The notes under the pieces were generated by a model. That model saw nothing but the letters and a program-made list of their open reading frames with translations, did not search any database and was not told the origin of the DNA. This document shows positions 64,000-64,000 of a stretch of 64,000 bases of DNA, one piece after another. Made by a program: the position numbers and the translations under genes. Origin of the DNA: a virus; IMG/VR virus record IMGVR_UViG_3300009777_000113, positions 519 through 64,518 of that record; one strand, given 5' to 3'. Numbering within the stretch: position 1 is the first letter of the stretch; each line of letters opens with the position of its first letter.

Positions 64000-64000
64000 A

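Larger units (their letters stand above)
1206..64000 (-). mobile_element. Temperate myovirus-type phage/prophage (continues past the right edge; left boundary/att not identified)
   Basis: Integrase, XRE pair, replication/recombination, lysis, contractile tail, head and terminase modules in continuous synteny. Confidence 0.93.

Noticed and set aside
1-64000. Alternative genetic code or stop-codon recoding
   Set aside because: Conserved genes are full-length and tightly packed under the standard code.

Overview
The window is almost entirely one temperate, contractile-tailed (myovirus-type) phage or prophage, read mostly on the minus strand and cut by the right edge. From right to left: a truncated regulator, terminase small and large subunits, portal, minor head protein, XkdF-type prohead protease, scaffold, major capsid, head fibre, neck, sheath/tube/chaperones/tape measure, an eCIS-like baseplate, a 1942-aa fibre with several accessory receptor-binding proteins, a lysis cassette with an M15 endolysin, a central ribbon-helix-helix (RHH) control region (16.0-18.0 kb), a recombination/replication operon (Sak4-like ATPase, SSB, YqaJ exonuclease, iteron-containing initiator, RepB-type primase, DnaB-like helicase, degenerate 5'-3' exonuclease, resolvase), small early genes, a divergent XRE pair and a tyrosine integrase. 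The left edge carries the 3' part of a phosphorothioation-associated putative methyltransferase. The most striking observation is a candidate phage-wide regulon. A 17-bp palindrome, GTGWTACAWTGTATCAC, occurs 9 times, always just upstream of a ribosome-binding site, and it embeds an extended -10 element (TGnTACAAT) that usually points toward the downstream gene. Two paralogous proteins with an unusual tandem [RHH-CxxCxG]x2 architecture lie next to copies of this site; one is missed by the ORF track at the right edge. A long leader stem-loop with a U-tract also precedes the replication operon. All family assignments come from motif recognition by eye, with no database searches.
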